Position numbers and translations under genes: made by a program. The notes below the pieces were generated by a model. It made no database searches. It saw nothing but the letters and a program-made list of their open reading frames with translations, and was not told where the DNA came from. A stretch of 64,000 bases of DNA from Octopus vulgaris. Lineage: Eukaryota. The DNA lies in contig OX597825.1 of NCBI GenBank assembly GCA_951406725.2, positions 39,432,001 through 39,496,000 on the forward strand. The letters run 5' to 3'. This document shows, piece by piece, positions 11,532 to 25,608 of the stretch (position 1 is the stretch's first letter; each line of letters starts with the position of its first letter).

Positions 11532-12979
11532 GAGCTCCACCCCAGTGCGAAGCACGACACAAAATTCCCTGTAGTGACTATAAAACTCAAGGTGGATACC
11601 AGATAACCAAATAGCACACGATATAATAAAATGGCAAAATTTACATCATACACAAGAAATTTACTAAAGGAAAAAAAGAGAAAAAATTACTCAAAAGGAG
11701 CAAAAATCAAAAGTGCATGCGTGATACGTCACAAAGTATAGAGCCTTCCGCTAAAGGGAAGCAAAATTCACAGTTAATGAACCGAGGCGAAATTAAATCC
11801 AACTCCTCTAAAGGTGGTTGGTCGTGCGAAATAGCAGTTAAATCAATTGCTGCAGGAGAGGAAATGGAATCGACAGATAGATCGCTAGTAACACAAAAGG
11901 CAAAAGTGCAAGCATGCTGGTGTGATGCGCGACACAGATAATTTTCTCTGTTAATTACGTGACCAACATGGGTCTAACAGGGAAAAATAATTACGCTAAT
12001 GCAAACGTGTTGCAAAAACAAGGCAATACACGTGCGAAGCAAAGGCGCATGAAATGCTATAGGGCTTGCCACACCGAAAAAACAGCAATGAATATGCCAG
12101 TGGTTGAGCGATTATATGCCTCGTTCGTACAGGAACAAAAGTATGGCATGCCGGCGCGTTATAATGGACAAACAACCCTCTCTATGTATACGTGACCGAC
12201 CTAGGGTCTACAGAAATGAGGTGTGTCCACAAAGGCAAATTAGCATGGAAAAACAAGCGAGAAAAGCATGTGTGACGTATGTATGTGAGAGAGATAGCAT
12301 TTATGTGTGTGTACGTGTGTGCGCCAGAAATACATACAAGGTGAATGCGAGCAAAAATAAAAATACAGCGCATACAAAAATGTCTCTCAGGGCTATCTCA
12401 GACAATGGAGTTAATTTACCAGTCTCTAATAGCCTGATGCACAATAGCAGTTCGTTCTGTAACAGAATGTTGAAATCACAAATGCAGATGCCGATTAAAC
12501 ACATATCGTGTAGCGGTTGTGGCTTCAATGCTGTGACAGGTTAACTCGTTACAGAAGAATCTCGCAGATAGTCTGGGCAGTTAATCCTTGGCGCGCTACG
12601 CACGAACAGCATGAAAGCTAAAGTTCCGTGAGTTGCTATGTACATCTTGGTCGACGGTGTTGAAAGGCGACGGTGGTGGTGGAAGGCGACTGTAGTGGAC
12701 TTGAGACAACATTGTTCTTAGTGGTGATGGCGACGAAGATAACGACGACGTGAAGTTCTAAGACAACGATGGTGATGACGAAGGCAGAGAAAAAGCATCG
12801 ATGATATGATGGCGTCCGTCATTATGTTGAAGAATAAAAAAGGCTCCTTCTATAACTGTCCGAGGGGACCGGAAACAAATCGTCGAAAGATGATGACTGC
12901 GTAGAGTTAAATCGTGTTCCGACCTAGCAGAAAAACTGGATTTCTTTGTTGTTAAGTGGTCTCTGGTTTTAGACCAGAT

Positions 12980-12998
12980 TCACGTCGGGGGTTCACCA
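12980..12998 (-). promoter_or_regulatory. Primer binding site, tRNA-Trp-like
   Basis: Minus strand TGGTGAACCCCCGACGTGA lies 1 nt from the LTR end. It is complementary, with two extra nt, to the eukaryotic tRNA-Trp 3' end (...TCACGTCGGGGTCACCA). Confidence 0.82.
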
Positions 12999-12999
12999 G

Positions 13000-13583
13000 T
13001 GAAACGAACTAGTGTGAATTTCTTCTCTGGACCTTTTGGGGGTGCGAGAAGCAAATCACTATCCGTTACTTTAATATCCAGAATGCTACCCGTCAGAAAC
13101 AAACAAGACGCAAACGTAAATAATATATATCTACTTTATTCTCTTATGTGGTAACAGATAATTGGTGTATCTGGCATCCCTATGGTATAGATGTGTCTTA
13201 GCTGAACCTTATCGCTGTAAAATAAGAAAGTGTTCAAATGCAAAACGACACTTGTCAAAGATGGCGTCCGGAGAAAGGAAGATGTTGTAATCTGCAACAA
13301 TTTGGTTAAAAGCTTCAGCCGACTGCTATCAAATACGGACAGAGAGAATATACGTGTTGTACCTTCGATAGCCATGTCTCAAGTCGCTGCTGACTGCTGC
13401 TAGTGGTCAAACGTTCTACGATCCCCTTGCCTCGGCTAACTGCCACGAGGCAAAAGGGTTCTTCTTCCGGTGCTTCGCGCATGCGCGAGAGGGCCCCTTC
13501 CTCTCTGTGCCTTGGTGAAGGCACCAACACGCGCGAAATAGAAAATGGACGGTGCGCGCGCGCCGCTGTATAGCGTCACTACA
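13000..13583 (-). repeat. 5' LTR
   Basis: Minus strand TGTAGTGACG...CGTTTCA, followed by the PBS. Confidence 0.93.
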
Positions 13584-13638
13584 GATTAAATTCATTTTAT
13601 GGAGAGAGGCTCCCAGGGAACATCCATGTTGTTATATC

Positions 13639-13639
<1 letters not shown>

Positions 13640-13708
<69 letters not shown>

Positions 13709-13709
13709 C

Positions 13710-13768
<59 letters not shown>

Positions 13769-13785
13769 CTACTATTATTATTATC

Positions 13786-13856
<71 letters not shown>

Positions 13857-13857
13857 C

Positions 13858-13912
<55 letters not shown>

Positions 13913-13958
13913 TACTACTATTATTATTATCATTATTATTAGTATTATTATTATTATT
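13640..13958. repeat. (ATT)n microsatellite
   Basis: Directly visible. Confidence 0.98.
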
Positions 13959-14511
13959 GAGGGAGAGAGAAGTGCATGTCATCAAATTGACACGAGGTAA
14001 AATATACGAATCCCAGTAAACTCAACATCACTACCCGTCTGATAAGAGTACACTAGGCACATGCATCACAAACATATGTGCACGATATGGTGATCTCGTA
14101 TCAAGGTAAACAGAACGTGACCTTCCAGGTGGGGCCCAGTTAGAATTTCCCTCTGGTCGAGTAACCCATCCCACTCATAAGCTCCCTGAATAAGGGTTGT
14201 TTAAGGATGTTGAAGGAAACACCCATGTTTCCAGAGGTAACTTATTCCAAGCTCCAAGAATCCCTTTCAACACATGGTTATGATGCTCCCCCACTAGTTC
14301 TGCTCGTGATGAGAGATGTACTTATCGTCATCCACTAAGGGACATGTTCAATTGGTTAAGGTCAAACAACTGACAAGCAAATCTGTGATATTGAGCAAAA
14401 TATTTGCTGTAGCCCATCTGTTATACCGAGACAAAACAATGTACATGATAACACTTCCAATCAGTTAAGATTAGAAGCCATGAGAACGACTGTCTAGTAC
14501 TGCATCAGGGC

Positions 14512-14513
<2 letters not shown>
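13959..14513 (-). mobile_element. ~555-bp non-coding interspersed element embedded in (TAA)n
   Basis: Colinear with 35863-36398 over its length; (ATT)n on both sides; no ORF. Strand is assigned so that the flanks read TAA. Confidence 0.88.
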
Positions 14514-14593
<80 letters not shown>

Positions 14594-16001
14594 ATTATTA
14601 TTATTGTTATTATTATATCAAGTTTACTCTGACCAGTCAGGAGCCAAATACAGAGAACCACTAATACAACCCAGCAGAACAACAACTGCAAAATAATTCT
14701 GAAAATCAAGAATATCTATAATTTACTCTGAGCATTTTCAATTTGTTTCACACTTAGTTTAAAAACTTGCATTTCTATAGTGTTCTCTGATCGAACGCAC
14801 AAACGCACATCTTTTAAAACTTTGAAACTTTAAAACTTTGATAAGTGAGAAATTCAGCCAAATAAATTTTGAAGCAAGTCACACAGCTACCTATCTTCTA
14901 TCTTCTATATTAACAACATCAGCATATAAATTTTTCAGAACTACAAATTTCCTCATCAAAATGAAAAGTTCTGCCCTGTCATATACATATTTTATCTCCC
15001 TCCAAGCATCTTTAAATATTTATCTTAAACACAAATAAAATTTGCACTCATTCATCCATATTGTAGCATAAGTTCCTGCACATCAAATCACTCACACAAG
15101 GAGTAAATAAATAATTAACAAACAAATATATTTTTTAAAAAAAACCTAGGATGACTACTCAACAAAAAAAGTCTAAACAAATATGGTCTGATAATGAATT
15201 AGATCTTCTAATAAATTCATGGTATTGTCTTACCAAAACGGAGAACATAGACACATCATGCCAGAACCTAATAGCCACACGTAGGGTCTTAAAATATCGA
15301 CCCGAAAGAATCAGATTCAAAACAAATTTAAACAATTTGAAGAGCCATTTAAATTAAGTAACAGACATTTCGAAAAAATTCGAACCCGTTTTCTCTTCAA
15401 ATACAGTTCAACAGCAACAACAACAACAACAACAACCATCTCAGCAAAAACGACAATAACTACTATGGCAACAACAATAACCATCGCAGCAGGAGCATCA
15501 AATGACTCAGCCCCAACCACTAACCCACCTTAATTCAACCACAATTGATGACCTACTTAATGAAACGATCGACGTTTCAGATTCCAGCTGTTCATAGCCC
15601 ATTCAAACGGAGTTTGTTACCCACCCATCATCTCTTCAAACAGAGCAAGAAATATATCAATAAGAACAACAACAACAACGACAAAAACAGCAACGAACAG
15701 AGATTCAACCTACAATTATCATCCAAATTTGTGATCAACAGACTAAATCCTTAATGGATGACCCCTTAATGAATTTGCCAAACACAAATGTATACAAATT
15801 AAAATCTATGCCTCTCCCAGCCTACAGAGGAAACCACCGCTGTTATTCACTACGCAAGATCTTATTCACTACGCTGCTGTTAGTTTCACTTCAATATTTA
15901 AATTTAATTTGTGTCAAAATATTTTCGTTACTCTGAAACGGCGTCCTGTTCACTGACAAAATTTTATGCTGCGTTTGACTATATATACGGGGGTATTCGT
16001 G

Positions 16002-16067
<66 letters not shown>

Positions 16068-16324
16068 ATGTATATATATGGGTGTCTTTCTATCTATTTT
16101 TATCTCCCTTCACCTCTTGACATCCGGTGTATGTATGTTAACGTCATCGATATTTAGTGGTTAGGCAAAAAATGCTGAAAGAATTAATACGTAAGTGCTG
16201 CGATCGAATAATTCCCTTCAAATTCCTCAAGGCAGTATTCCCCAGTATAGCTGCAGTCTAATGACTGAAAGAAGATAGATATCAACATATACTTTTAATA
16301 ATAAAAATAACTTGTATAAATAAT

Positions 16325-16742
16325 CATTTCTACTACAGGTGCAAACCTTGAATCTTTCATGAAAGTGAGCTGCTCTATTATAACAAACCACTGGTACTTA
16401 TTTTGTTGATCGGAAAGGAAGAAGAGCAATGTTTATCTCGGGTAATTTCAAATATGAACATAAAATCGAGCGACATGTTTCTAAGCATTTCTGCTTCTGA
16501 AAGAACTCTGCCTTACACATCTGGTACACATAATGCTTTCAAATTTTGGCACAAGGAAATGCAATTCTCTGGGAGGTGAAGTGGATTACATGGAGCCCAG
16601 TACATAACATATACTTATTTTATCAACAACGACATGATGAAATTTAAAGATAACCTCGGCGGAATTTGAACTCAGAACGCAAAGACGGACGAAATGCCAC
16701 GAGGCTTTTTGTCCTGCGTGCTAACGAATCTGCTAGCTCACA
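16325..16742 (-). mobile_element. Two tandem copies of SINE family B (16325-16515 more decayed; 16530-16742)
   Basis: ctcggcggaatttgaactcagaacg is the reverse complement of a B-box-like gagttcaaattccgccgag. The same motif occurs at ~21780, ~36880 and ~58235. Confidence 0.78.
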
Positions 16743-19221
16743 CTCAAGCTGACTGAAACCGTAATACATGAACGTAATACCAAAGTTATAATTACCCTGT
16801 TATTATATTTTCCTTTTATCACTATATATTCTTTGGAAAATTTCTTAAAACGTATTTTCATGTTAAGAATTATGGTCGATTTGCAAATTTCATACTAAGT
16901 TTAAGATGTTTTCGTTGGAACATCGATGGAGAGTACAATGGTTTATATCTATTTATATGTATCTACATACAGTGTAGTTATTATTATTATTTAGTAACTC
17001 TTCGAATAACCGTTTAAATCTGATTTGACTGGGAGAATTTATATTCTAAAACTGTAATTATCAGGATGGCATACCATTAAATGCTACCGAAATAATATAA
17101 ACATTACTCATCTTTACTCATAAGAGACATGGAACCTGAGAAAGTTACATGTAGAAATGTAGATCTATACAAAAAAGATTTCAATTTAGATTAAATATGT
17201 AAAAAGAGGTTATCTGAAAAAAACAATGCATATTGTATTCGAAAATAAAAGCAACAATTAAACACAAATAAATTTATTGAATATATAAATGAGTTTACGG
17301 CAAGAGTTAAGGTTTTATAGTTATGTTAGAAAATGGAATAGAAAGACGGTGGAAGTGGACGGGGAGAACAAAGAAAACTTCGCAAAAAGAATAACGAACA
17401 AAAGAGATGGCAGTGAATTTAAAAGTTAGAGTACGTTAAAATTAAAAACAAAGAATGCAACTTTTACGTAACAGCGACTGTGCGATGAAAGCTTCTATAA
17501 GAAATATGGAAATTAGATACATGTGATAATTTTTAAAAGACGTTAAAGAAAAACTGCGAGTGGAATTAAAGGACAAAATTTAAATTGTAAAAGGATTTCA
17601 TGCATAAACTTATGGGAAAATGTATCAATTCCATTAGTTTAAGGCACGAGTAATACTAAACCTTAGTGATAAAGTAAAATACAATGTGTGATTGAATTTA
17701 TTAAACTGTAGTTTTACATATTTATATTAAAATCTACAATATAATAAACATGTTTCCTAAGCTTAATTTTGGACACATTTAAATTAACAGGGTACCTTTT
17801 TGCCGTTCTGTGTATTTAAGCACAATGAAACATAAATAAGCGAATTGTTTGTCTACATATACGCACTAAGTAAATGTAGACTCGCTGAGTAGAGGTATTA
17901 TGTTAGTGGTGAAATTAACACGTCGCAGAGAACTAGAACTAGAAAGATTTTACAGGAGTCTGTGTTTGGTAAGAATAGGAATAGACATAAACATGGTGAG
18001 ATGTTGGGAGAGTGAGAAAGTGAGAAAGAGAAAACGATGGGAGAAAATTTGCATTCTGCGTACAACCATCCTCTTAAATACTTTCCTTTGTTAATTCCTG
18101 ATATAACATCCAATATATTTAGTAGGTCTGACCATTGAGTAAAACTATACTTTTTCTAAACCTTTAATCAATGTCGTATTCTTATAACGATCTCATACAT
18201 GCAAGTATCGCATGTTAACGCGATTCATACACACTTGGTGCAAACTTTGCATATTATACCCCGTAAATAATCCAACGACCATAATACACATCTGTGAATA
18301 TTTGGGACAGTTATTAATACCTTCTGGTTAATATTACAAATCTTTGTTTTTGAAACCATTTACAAACTGAACTATATAATGTCAAGAAAGACACCCCCTA
18401 AAAGTATACATATTCTTTCTGTTAAAGATGTACTTCGTGATATCTTAATTATTCTACTCAAGTCATGATAAAATATTTTTTTACCTAAACAAAACATATG
18501 TTACTGACAGTTAATATCCTAATATAGAATACACAAGTTTTTCATAACAGTTAGATCCAAAACAAAACTAGTTAATTATAAACTGTACCGGGAATAATTA
18601 CACAGAGATTAAACAAATTCTCTTAATTGCAAATTTGATGAAATACCTATCAATCTCCTACAAGAAAAACTGAATAACATTCACCGGCATACTTATTCTG
18701 TTTCTAAAGATATCTTGACTGTTTACAAAATCTCTACATTTCGTGAAATTATATTTTTTATTCTCTTTATATTTCCTTTATATTAATCTTAATAAAATAA
18801 TAATCATCTCACTCGTATCACCATTTTAATAGGCTTCCAACTTACAACCAATATCTGACATCTTTTCAATGTTATATGAGATTTTGCTATATTTATTTAA
18901 TCGGTCATGTCAAATCAGACGTGTTTCACAATGTCCACCCCTACTCACAGGAATATAGTCTCACACAAATCAATAGGTTTTTGCAATTTTCACCATCAAT
19001 GATTTTAGATGAATTCAATTTATTTATAGAATAGTAAGTATCAAATGATGTGTAAAAACTGCCATTATTTTTAGTAAAGAAAATGAAATATAGATTTGCA
19101 TAGATACTGTAATTACCTTTTGTTACATTGTGCCAGAAGCGTCTATTTCATCTGTGGGAAATATTTTCTCTTCCACATTATTAGGATTGCTGAATAAATT
19201 GGCATACTTGTCTGTGCAAAA

Positions 19222-19260
<39 letters not shown>

Positions 19261-20095
19261 TACACACGCATACACATACACTTCCTGAGGTGATGTCTTC
19301 TAACTGTGGTGGCGCCGATACAATCGTAAATTCAACGAACATACAGCTCCGGTAATTTTCGCGAGAAATGAGCGAAGATTTGCTCTTCAATATGGCCTAC
19401 AAAGATTTGGCATAATTGGGGCCCATTCGCGACCCCATCGTGACACCGCAGAAATGTATATAAAATTCTCCAGCGAAAGAAATCCTAAAGCGTTTAAGAG
19501 GCGTTGTGAAGTAATGCTAGGATCGGGCGAAGGACGAGTGCGTAAGAAGTATTTAAGAGATGTGCGTGTCAGTGATTTGATGTCTATGGTTTTCAATTAC
19601 AGATAGAAAATCGAACCATCTCCCATTGAAATCAGACGCTCTCCTGATGCTCTTTAAAAGCGATATCGTTATGAAATGAGCCAACAAAATATGCCATCTG
19701 CTTCTGTAGCTGTTTCGTTACATTTACAATATTTATATATATGCTATGGTAGCCTGCCATCATACATGAGCCGTGACGTCTCATTGCTTCTGTTTTATAG
19801 TAAATGTTAATTATGTTTCACATACATACAGTAAACATATCTTACCTTTAAATCTTTTGTGGTAATTACACTGTGAAATAATTTGCCCTTGGTTATATAG
19901 GAGGCACGTCTCCTCTCCCGACCATTAGGTTATGCATCACATCGTTCAATTAGGTTTGCTTCCGATGTTGAAAAACTTGTTTGAGATATTATTGCTTCAA
20001 TAGCTGATACAAAGTTATCGCTATAGACAACGTATAACTATTACCAGATTCGTTCGGATTGCTCTTTCACATGTACGCTGTAGATGGCGTGTAAA

Positions 20096-20600
<505 letters not shown>

Positions 20601-20675
20601 ATATATATATATACATATATATATTCAGAGAGAGATAGAATTGAGTTTATGTATGTATGTATGTGTGTATGTATG

Positions 20676-20731
<56 letters not shown>

Positions 20732-21659
20732 TGAATATACACGCGTATGTTTAGGCAGTACTAACTGTGTATGTCTATTGATACACACGTAAGAATGAGT
20801 GAATCTATGTTTATATGGATGCATGTGTGGATGATGACTGCAACAATATATTAACTTCAGCTCTTATTTCTTTTAAATAAAGTGATAAACGCTTGAGCTT
20901 TCTATGTTCGAGGTAATTAGCTCTTCTGCAAAAATATAACTTTAATATTCCATTTACTCATAAAGCAAATTTGAATCAAAATTTGTATGCATAATTTGAG
21001 TTGTTCAGGGTATAACATGGCATCCAACTGGACGTATTACTCGTCATCTACATACTTCTCTAACTCCTGTCTTTCATATATTTTTATAATTACCCGCATG
21101 TATATTCCACTCAGGATGTCCTTATATTTAGGTGAAGAGCTATATGTGTAACTCTATAACGAATATCTAATCCATCTTAAAATGTAAAGAATCCATAACC
21201 AAATATTTTGCTGCCTAAATTTGAGAAATTATGTTATATATTGATTTGAGTATACAACTTTCTTTTACAAGAGGATGCTCTTTAAAAGATCTGCGTTATC
21301 TAAATGTTAATACACAAGTTTATGAACTTTTATATTATTTCTGTATTAAAGTTAGTTTATGATAATGAGTTAGAAAATTATTTTGTTGAATTGTAGTGTT
21401 ACAATCTCATTACGACTTCCTTTGTGTCCTAGCTACAGAAATATGGACCGTCGAGTGTTAAGTTTTTAGTTGAAAATATATGTACTAGGCAAAGTACAAT
21501 GTCGGTTTCTTAATCACCATATGTGTTCGAATTTATTACTGCTGAGATGAGCATCTGACACTGAAACCACCCATTTTTACTTGCACCAAGTCTTTTCTCA
21601 TGGCATTCTACCTTGAACTGAGACTCGCTACATTTCTTAAAATAGAATCCTTATAATAA

Positions 21660-21872
21660 CCTTTCTTCTATGGGTACAAGGCCTGAAATTTCTGGTGAGG
21701 AGGGCAGATGATGACGTTATCCTCAGTGGTCTACTGGTATTATCTTATCGCCATCGAAAAATGAATTGTATACTCGACATCGGCTTCATTTGAACTGAGA
21801 CGGAAAAGCTGGAAGATAAGACCGTATGTAGTTTACTCGGCGCGGTACCGACACCATCAGTTTGCTGCTTGA
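21660..21872 (-). mobile_element. SINE family B, decayed
   Basis: acaaggcctgaaatt...ctcgacatcggcttcatttgaactgagacg matches the other family B copies. Confidence 0.65.
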
Positions 21873-22674
21873 AAATGCCTTTTATAATGACATGTATTAA
21901 TTCACAAAATTGTTAGCTAATTTCCATTTAACTTTGGTCAAACGAGGCAAGAACACCTCACGCAAAACCGTAGAATGTGATATAGTATCATTCGCATTAT
22001 TTATGTATGAATACACTTTATAAGTAATACTGTTTATCCATATCCCTTTTATTGAATAATTCTAATGGAACACTATTCGTAAGCTGTGACATTTTCATTT
22101 GCATGATCATTCCAATGTATGTATAGATATATATGTGTGTATGTATATACATATGCGTTTGTGTGTGTGTGTGAGTGCGTGTGAGTGTGTCAGTGTATGT
22201 GTGTGTGTCGGTATGTATGGGGTTTGAGGATTTTTGAAATTATTAAATATTATATCAAATATTTTACATCATTTTGTCTAAAGAAATTATAGCATATATA
22301 ATTCTGCTTTATCCCAGGAATAAAATTCATATCATTTTTTGAATAATTTTCATATATAGAATCACGATTTACATAACATAAAGGGTTGTTTTAATCCAAT
22401 CGCTTGAAATTAATATGCACACACACATGTGCACACATACATATGCCCACATATGAACACACTACAATTTTGTGGTTACATCGTTTATATTTACACGCAT
22501 ACTAAACCTATACTCACGCAGACAGATGTGTGTTTGCGCGCGTTCGTGTGTGTGTGAGCGCGTGTGCATACATGAATATATATATACATATGTATATATA
22601 TATATATGTATGTGTATATATATATATATGTGTGTGTGTATGTATGTATATATATATATATGTATATATATGTG

Positions 22675-22712
<38 letters not shown>

Positions 22713-22718
<6 letters not shown>

Positions 22719-22962
22719 GAAATGAGGTACTCAGAAAGCCGGATGGTTTTAGATTACAGATATTTATTTGTATGTCAAATGTTTTTATATATCATATATC
22801 ATATAGAAGCGCTTTCGTCCACTCTAGTGGACATATCATATTTGACAACTCCACCTGAGTGAACGAAAGCACTAATATATGATATATAAAAACATGCAAT
22901 GTACTAATAAATATCTGTAAATCTAAAACCATCCAGATTTCTGAGTACCTCATTTCTTCTAA
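22713..22962. repeat. Inverted repeat (arms 22713-22830 / 22851-22962) abutting (TA)n
   Basis: ttagaagaaatgaggtactcagaaa... / ...tttctgagtacctcatttcttctaa; the inner ends carry a hammerhead-like hairpin plus GAAA. Confidence 0.92.
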
Positions 22963-23686
22963 TATATAATACCTGTACATCATCTCCAAGCCTCCTAATA
23001 TATATATAAATACGACTCCACAACACTGTCTCTCCCCACTCTCCCACATTTCTCTGCCTTTCACACTTTGCACTCCACTTGATCTGTCTCTTTCTCTCTC
23101 TCTCTCTTCTCCTCTTCCTTTGTTCCTTGTTCCCCTTCTTTCTCTCTTCATCTGTCCCTCTTTTCCTCTCTCTTTCCCTCACGTGACTTGCCACCAATTG
23201 CTGGCCTTTCGTGTCCAGCAGCCGTTGCGGAAAGACGACGCTTTTTTGTCTCTCTGTAGCCCTAAGACTTTCTTCTAACGCTAGCTCAAAAATTTGCTCG
23301 TCCTGTCAAAAAGACGCTTGTCTGTGACGTCCTGTTTTTGTTATTATTATCATCATTATTGTTTTTAGGTATTTTTGTATTCTTATTCGTGCTATCATTA
23401 TTGTTTTTACGTATTTTTGTATTTTTATTCGTGTAACATCGTTCGTTTTTCCATCCTTTTTTAGTATAAATTCGAGGCTTTCTTCCAAGGAATCTAATGC
23501 GCTTGGCTTAGACCTTCCTTTGGGGCTGGCCAGATCGGAGCAATCTCAAGATTAATCAGCCGAAATTGCGAAGATGATCCGGTTCTTGACTGAAGATTGA
23601 AGGCTTCGAATTTGTCGTCCGTGTTTTTTGTATCGTCTTCTAAATGTTTCACGTTCTTGTCCCAGTTTGTATTTTTTTTTACATTT

Positions 23687-23760
<74 letters not shown>

Positions 23761-24157
23761 ATATTTATATGTATATATATATGTGAATATAAACCAGAAG
23801 GGTAATGATATAGATTACTACCAGTGGCTCAGCACAAACGACGAATTAGTCATTAGACAAAATATTATTCATATAGAAAACTATTATTCATGTAGAAATA
23901 TAATTAAGGGCTCCTAAATAAGGATGCCATGTGCTGGGGACACAAAAAGGGGATAAAATTTATCGAGAGTGAAAAATCAAAAACATTTGCCGATAACTTT
24001 ACATCTCGGACTGATATCAGTTTCTACCTCTTTCTAGCAAAACACAGAATATATATATATACATATATATATATAATAATAAATATTAGGGAATAAATCC
24101 AAATTTACAGGGAAAAATCAGATTTAGGATTAAATCCAATTTTATAGTAAAATATTA

Positions 24158-24349
24158 TATAATATAATTCGAGACAAAACCACTATTTTTGCAAAACAAA
24201 CAAGGAAAGACTTAATCAATACATAAAAATTTTTAATATAAAGATTGTAGTGGCGGTTTATTTCTTTATATTAAACATTTTTTATGTATTGATTAAGTCT
24301 TCCCTTGTTTGTTTTGCAAAATAGTGGTTTTGTCTCGAATTATATTATA
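24158..24349. repeat. Inverted repeat (87-bp arms 24158-24244 / 24263-24349) between (TA)n tracts
   Basis: tataatataattcgagacaaaaccactatttt... / ...aaaatagtggttttgtctcgaattatattata; 18-bp spacer. Confidence 0.93.
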
Positions 24350-24373
24350 CGTATATATATATATATATATTAA

Positions 24374-25430
24374 GGACTCTCTGGAAGATAGATATCAAGC
24401 AGTAGTGGCCAATGGTGCCACCTCAAAGTAAACACAAATAGTGAGTGGTATTCCACATGCCACTGTCTTGGGACCACTGTTTTTCATAGTAGCTTCCTCG
24501 GATATGCCCGGATCGCCACTCTTGGTAGCTACGCAGACGTTACGAAAGTCTCGCAGAAAATACACAACCCCAGCGAAGTTGCACACCTACAACAGGAGTT
24601 GAACTTAAATTACAGATGATTTGAGGTCAATAATAAGCACTTTAATTCCAAGCCATGCACTTCCAGCGTCCAAAACGGAATATAGAACGTACAAGGTACA
24701 CTAGTCTAAATCAGAGCTGGACCTGGGTATCGACATGAGTGAGGATACCTCTTTCCAAGTGAACATTACCAGGATGGCGACAAAGTGCAGATGACTAGCT
24801 GGTTGGACCCTGAGAACGTTCAGAACCAGAGAGAAAGAAACGATGATGGTCGCCTAGAGGAAGGTTGTCCTCCGCCGTCTGGATTGCTGCTCTCAGCTAT
24901 GCTCACCCGACAGTGTAAAATTATAGTTGGACCTTCAAGAAATCCAGCGAAACTTCACAGAGAAGATCGTCTCATTGCAACAGATACTGGGAAAGGCTGA
25001 AACTGCTAAGATTCTACTATCCGGAACGAAGGCGGGAGGAGTATGCAGTAATATACATCTGGAAGATTCTGGAATTAATTGTGCTCTATTTTATTATTGA
25101 AAGCTACACAAATGCCAGAACGATGCTAATGATTCAATCAATGCCATCGCGCTTCAGGACCAGTTATTGCAATAGCCTAAGTTTCACGGGCCCACATCTT
25201 TTTAATATTCTCCCAAAGAGCCTGAGGGACCTATACAAATTGGATGTAGGTGTTTTCAAATCAAAACTTGACCTGGTCCTGCCGAGAGTCTCAGATGAAC
25301 CTACCCCGCCACAGGATGTGCAAATGAGGGTAGCGACATCAAACTCCATTATTTACCAAATGACGCATATTAGAGGAAGATCTCAATCATAACAGTGTAG
25401 CAAAACGGCAGTGCTCCAGCATAGCCACAC
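24374..25430 (+). mobile_element. CR1-group LINE, 5'-truncated RT remnant
   Basis: SGIPHATVLGPLFF (from SGVPQGTVLGPLLF), YADVTK, DLGIDM, GWTLRTF and GPHLFNILPKSLR...FKSKLD; multiple stops and frameshifts. Confidence 0.85.
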
Positions 25431-25466
25431 TTTTGAGCTGAAACTAGAATATATATATTTGTGTTT

Positions 25467-25545
25467 GTATGTATGTATGAATGTATGTATGTATGTATGT
25501 ATGTATGTATGTATGTATGTATGTATGTATGTATGTATGTATGTA

Positions 25546-25606
<61 letters not shown>
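25467..25606. repeat. (ATGT)n + (GT)n compound microsatellite
   Basis: Directly visible. Confidence 0.97.

Positions 25607-25608
<2 letters not shown>

Larger units (their letters stand above)
10954..13583 (-). mobile_element. Non-autonomous LTR retroelement (Gypsy-like hallmarks, gag/pol absent)
   Basis: Direct repeats 10954-11531 and 13000-13583 with TG...CA ends; 4-bp TSD GATT (10950-10953 and 13584-13587); tRNA-Trp-like PBS; purine-rich tract next to the 3' LTR. Confidence 0.93.

Noticed and set aside
11959-12544. ORFs inside the LTR element as gag or env
   Set aside because: They are antisense to the element, with no gag, zinc-knuckle, RT or integrase motifs.
13552-14019. Long poly-Leu/Ile/Tyr/Asn and YIYI ORFs here and throughout the ORF track
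   Set aside because: They are translations of microsatellites, not genes.
16900-18960. Possible very old LINE remnants (strand-skewed blocks)
   Set aside because: No diagnostic motif could be read with confidence.
23585-23622. CTGAAGA...hairpin...GAAT hammerhead-like string
   Set aside because: GAAA is absent and there is no convincing stem I.
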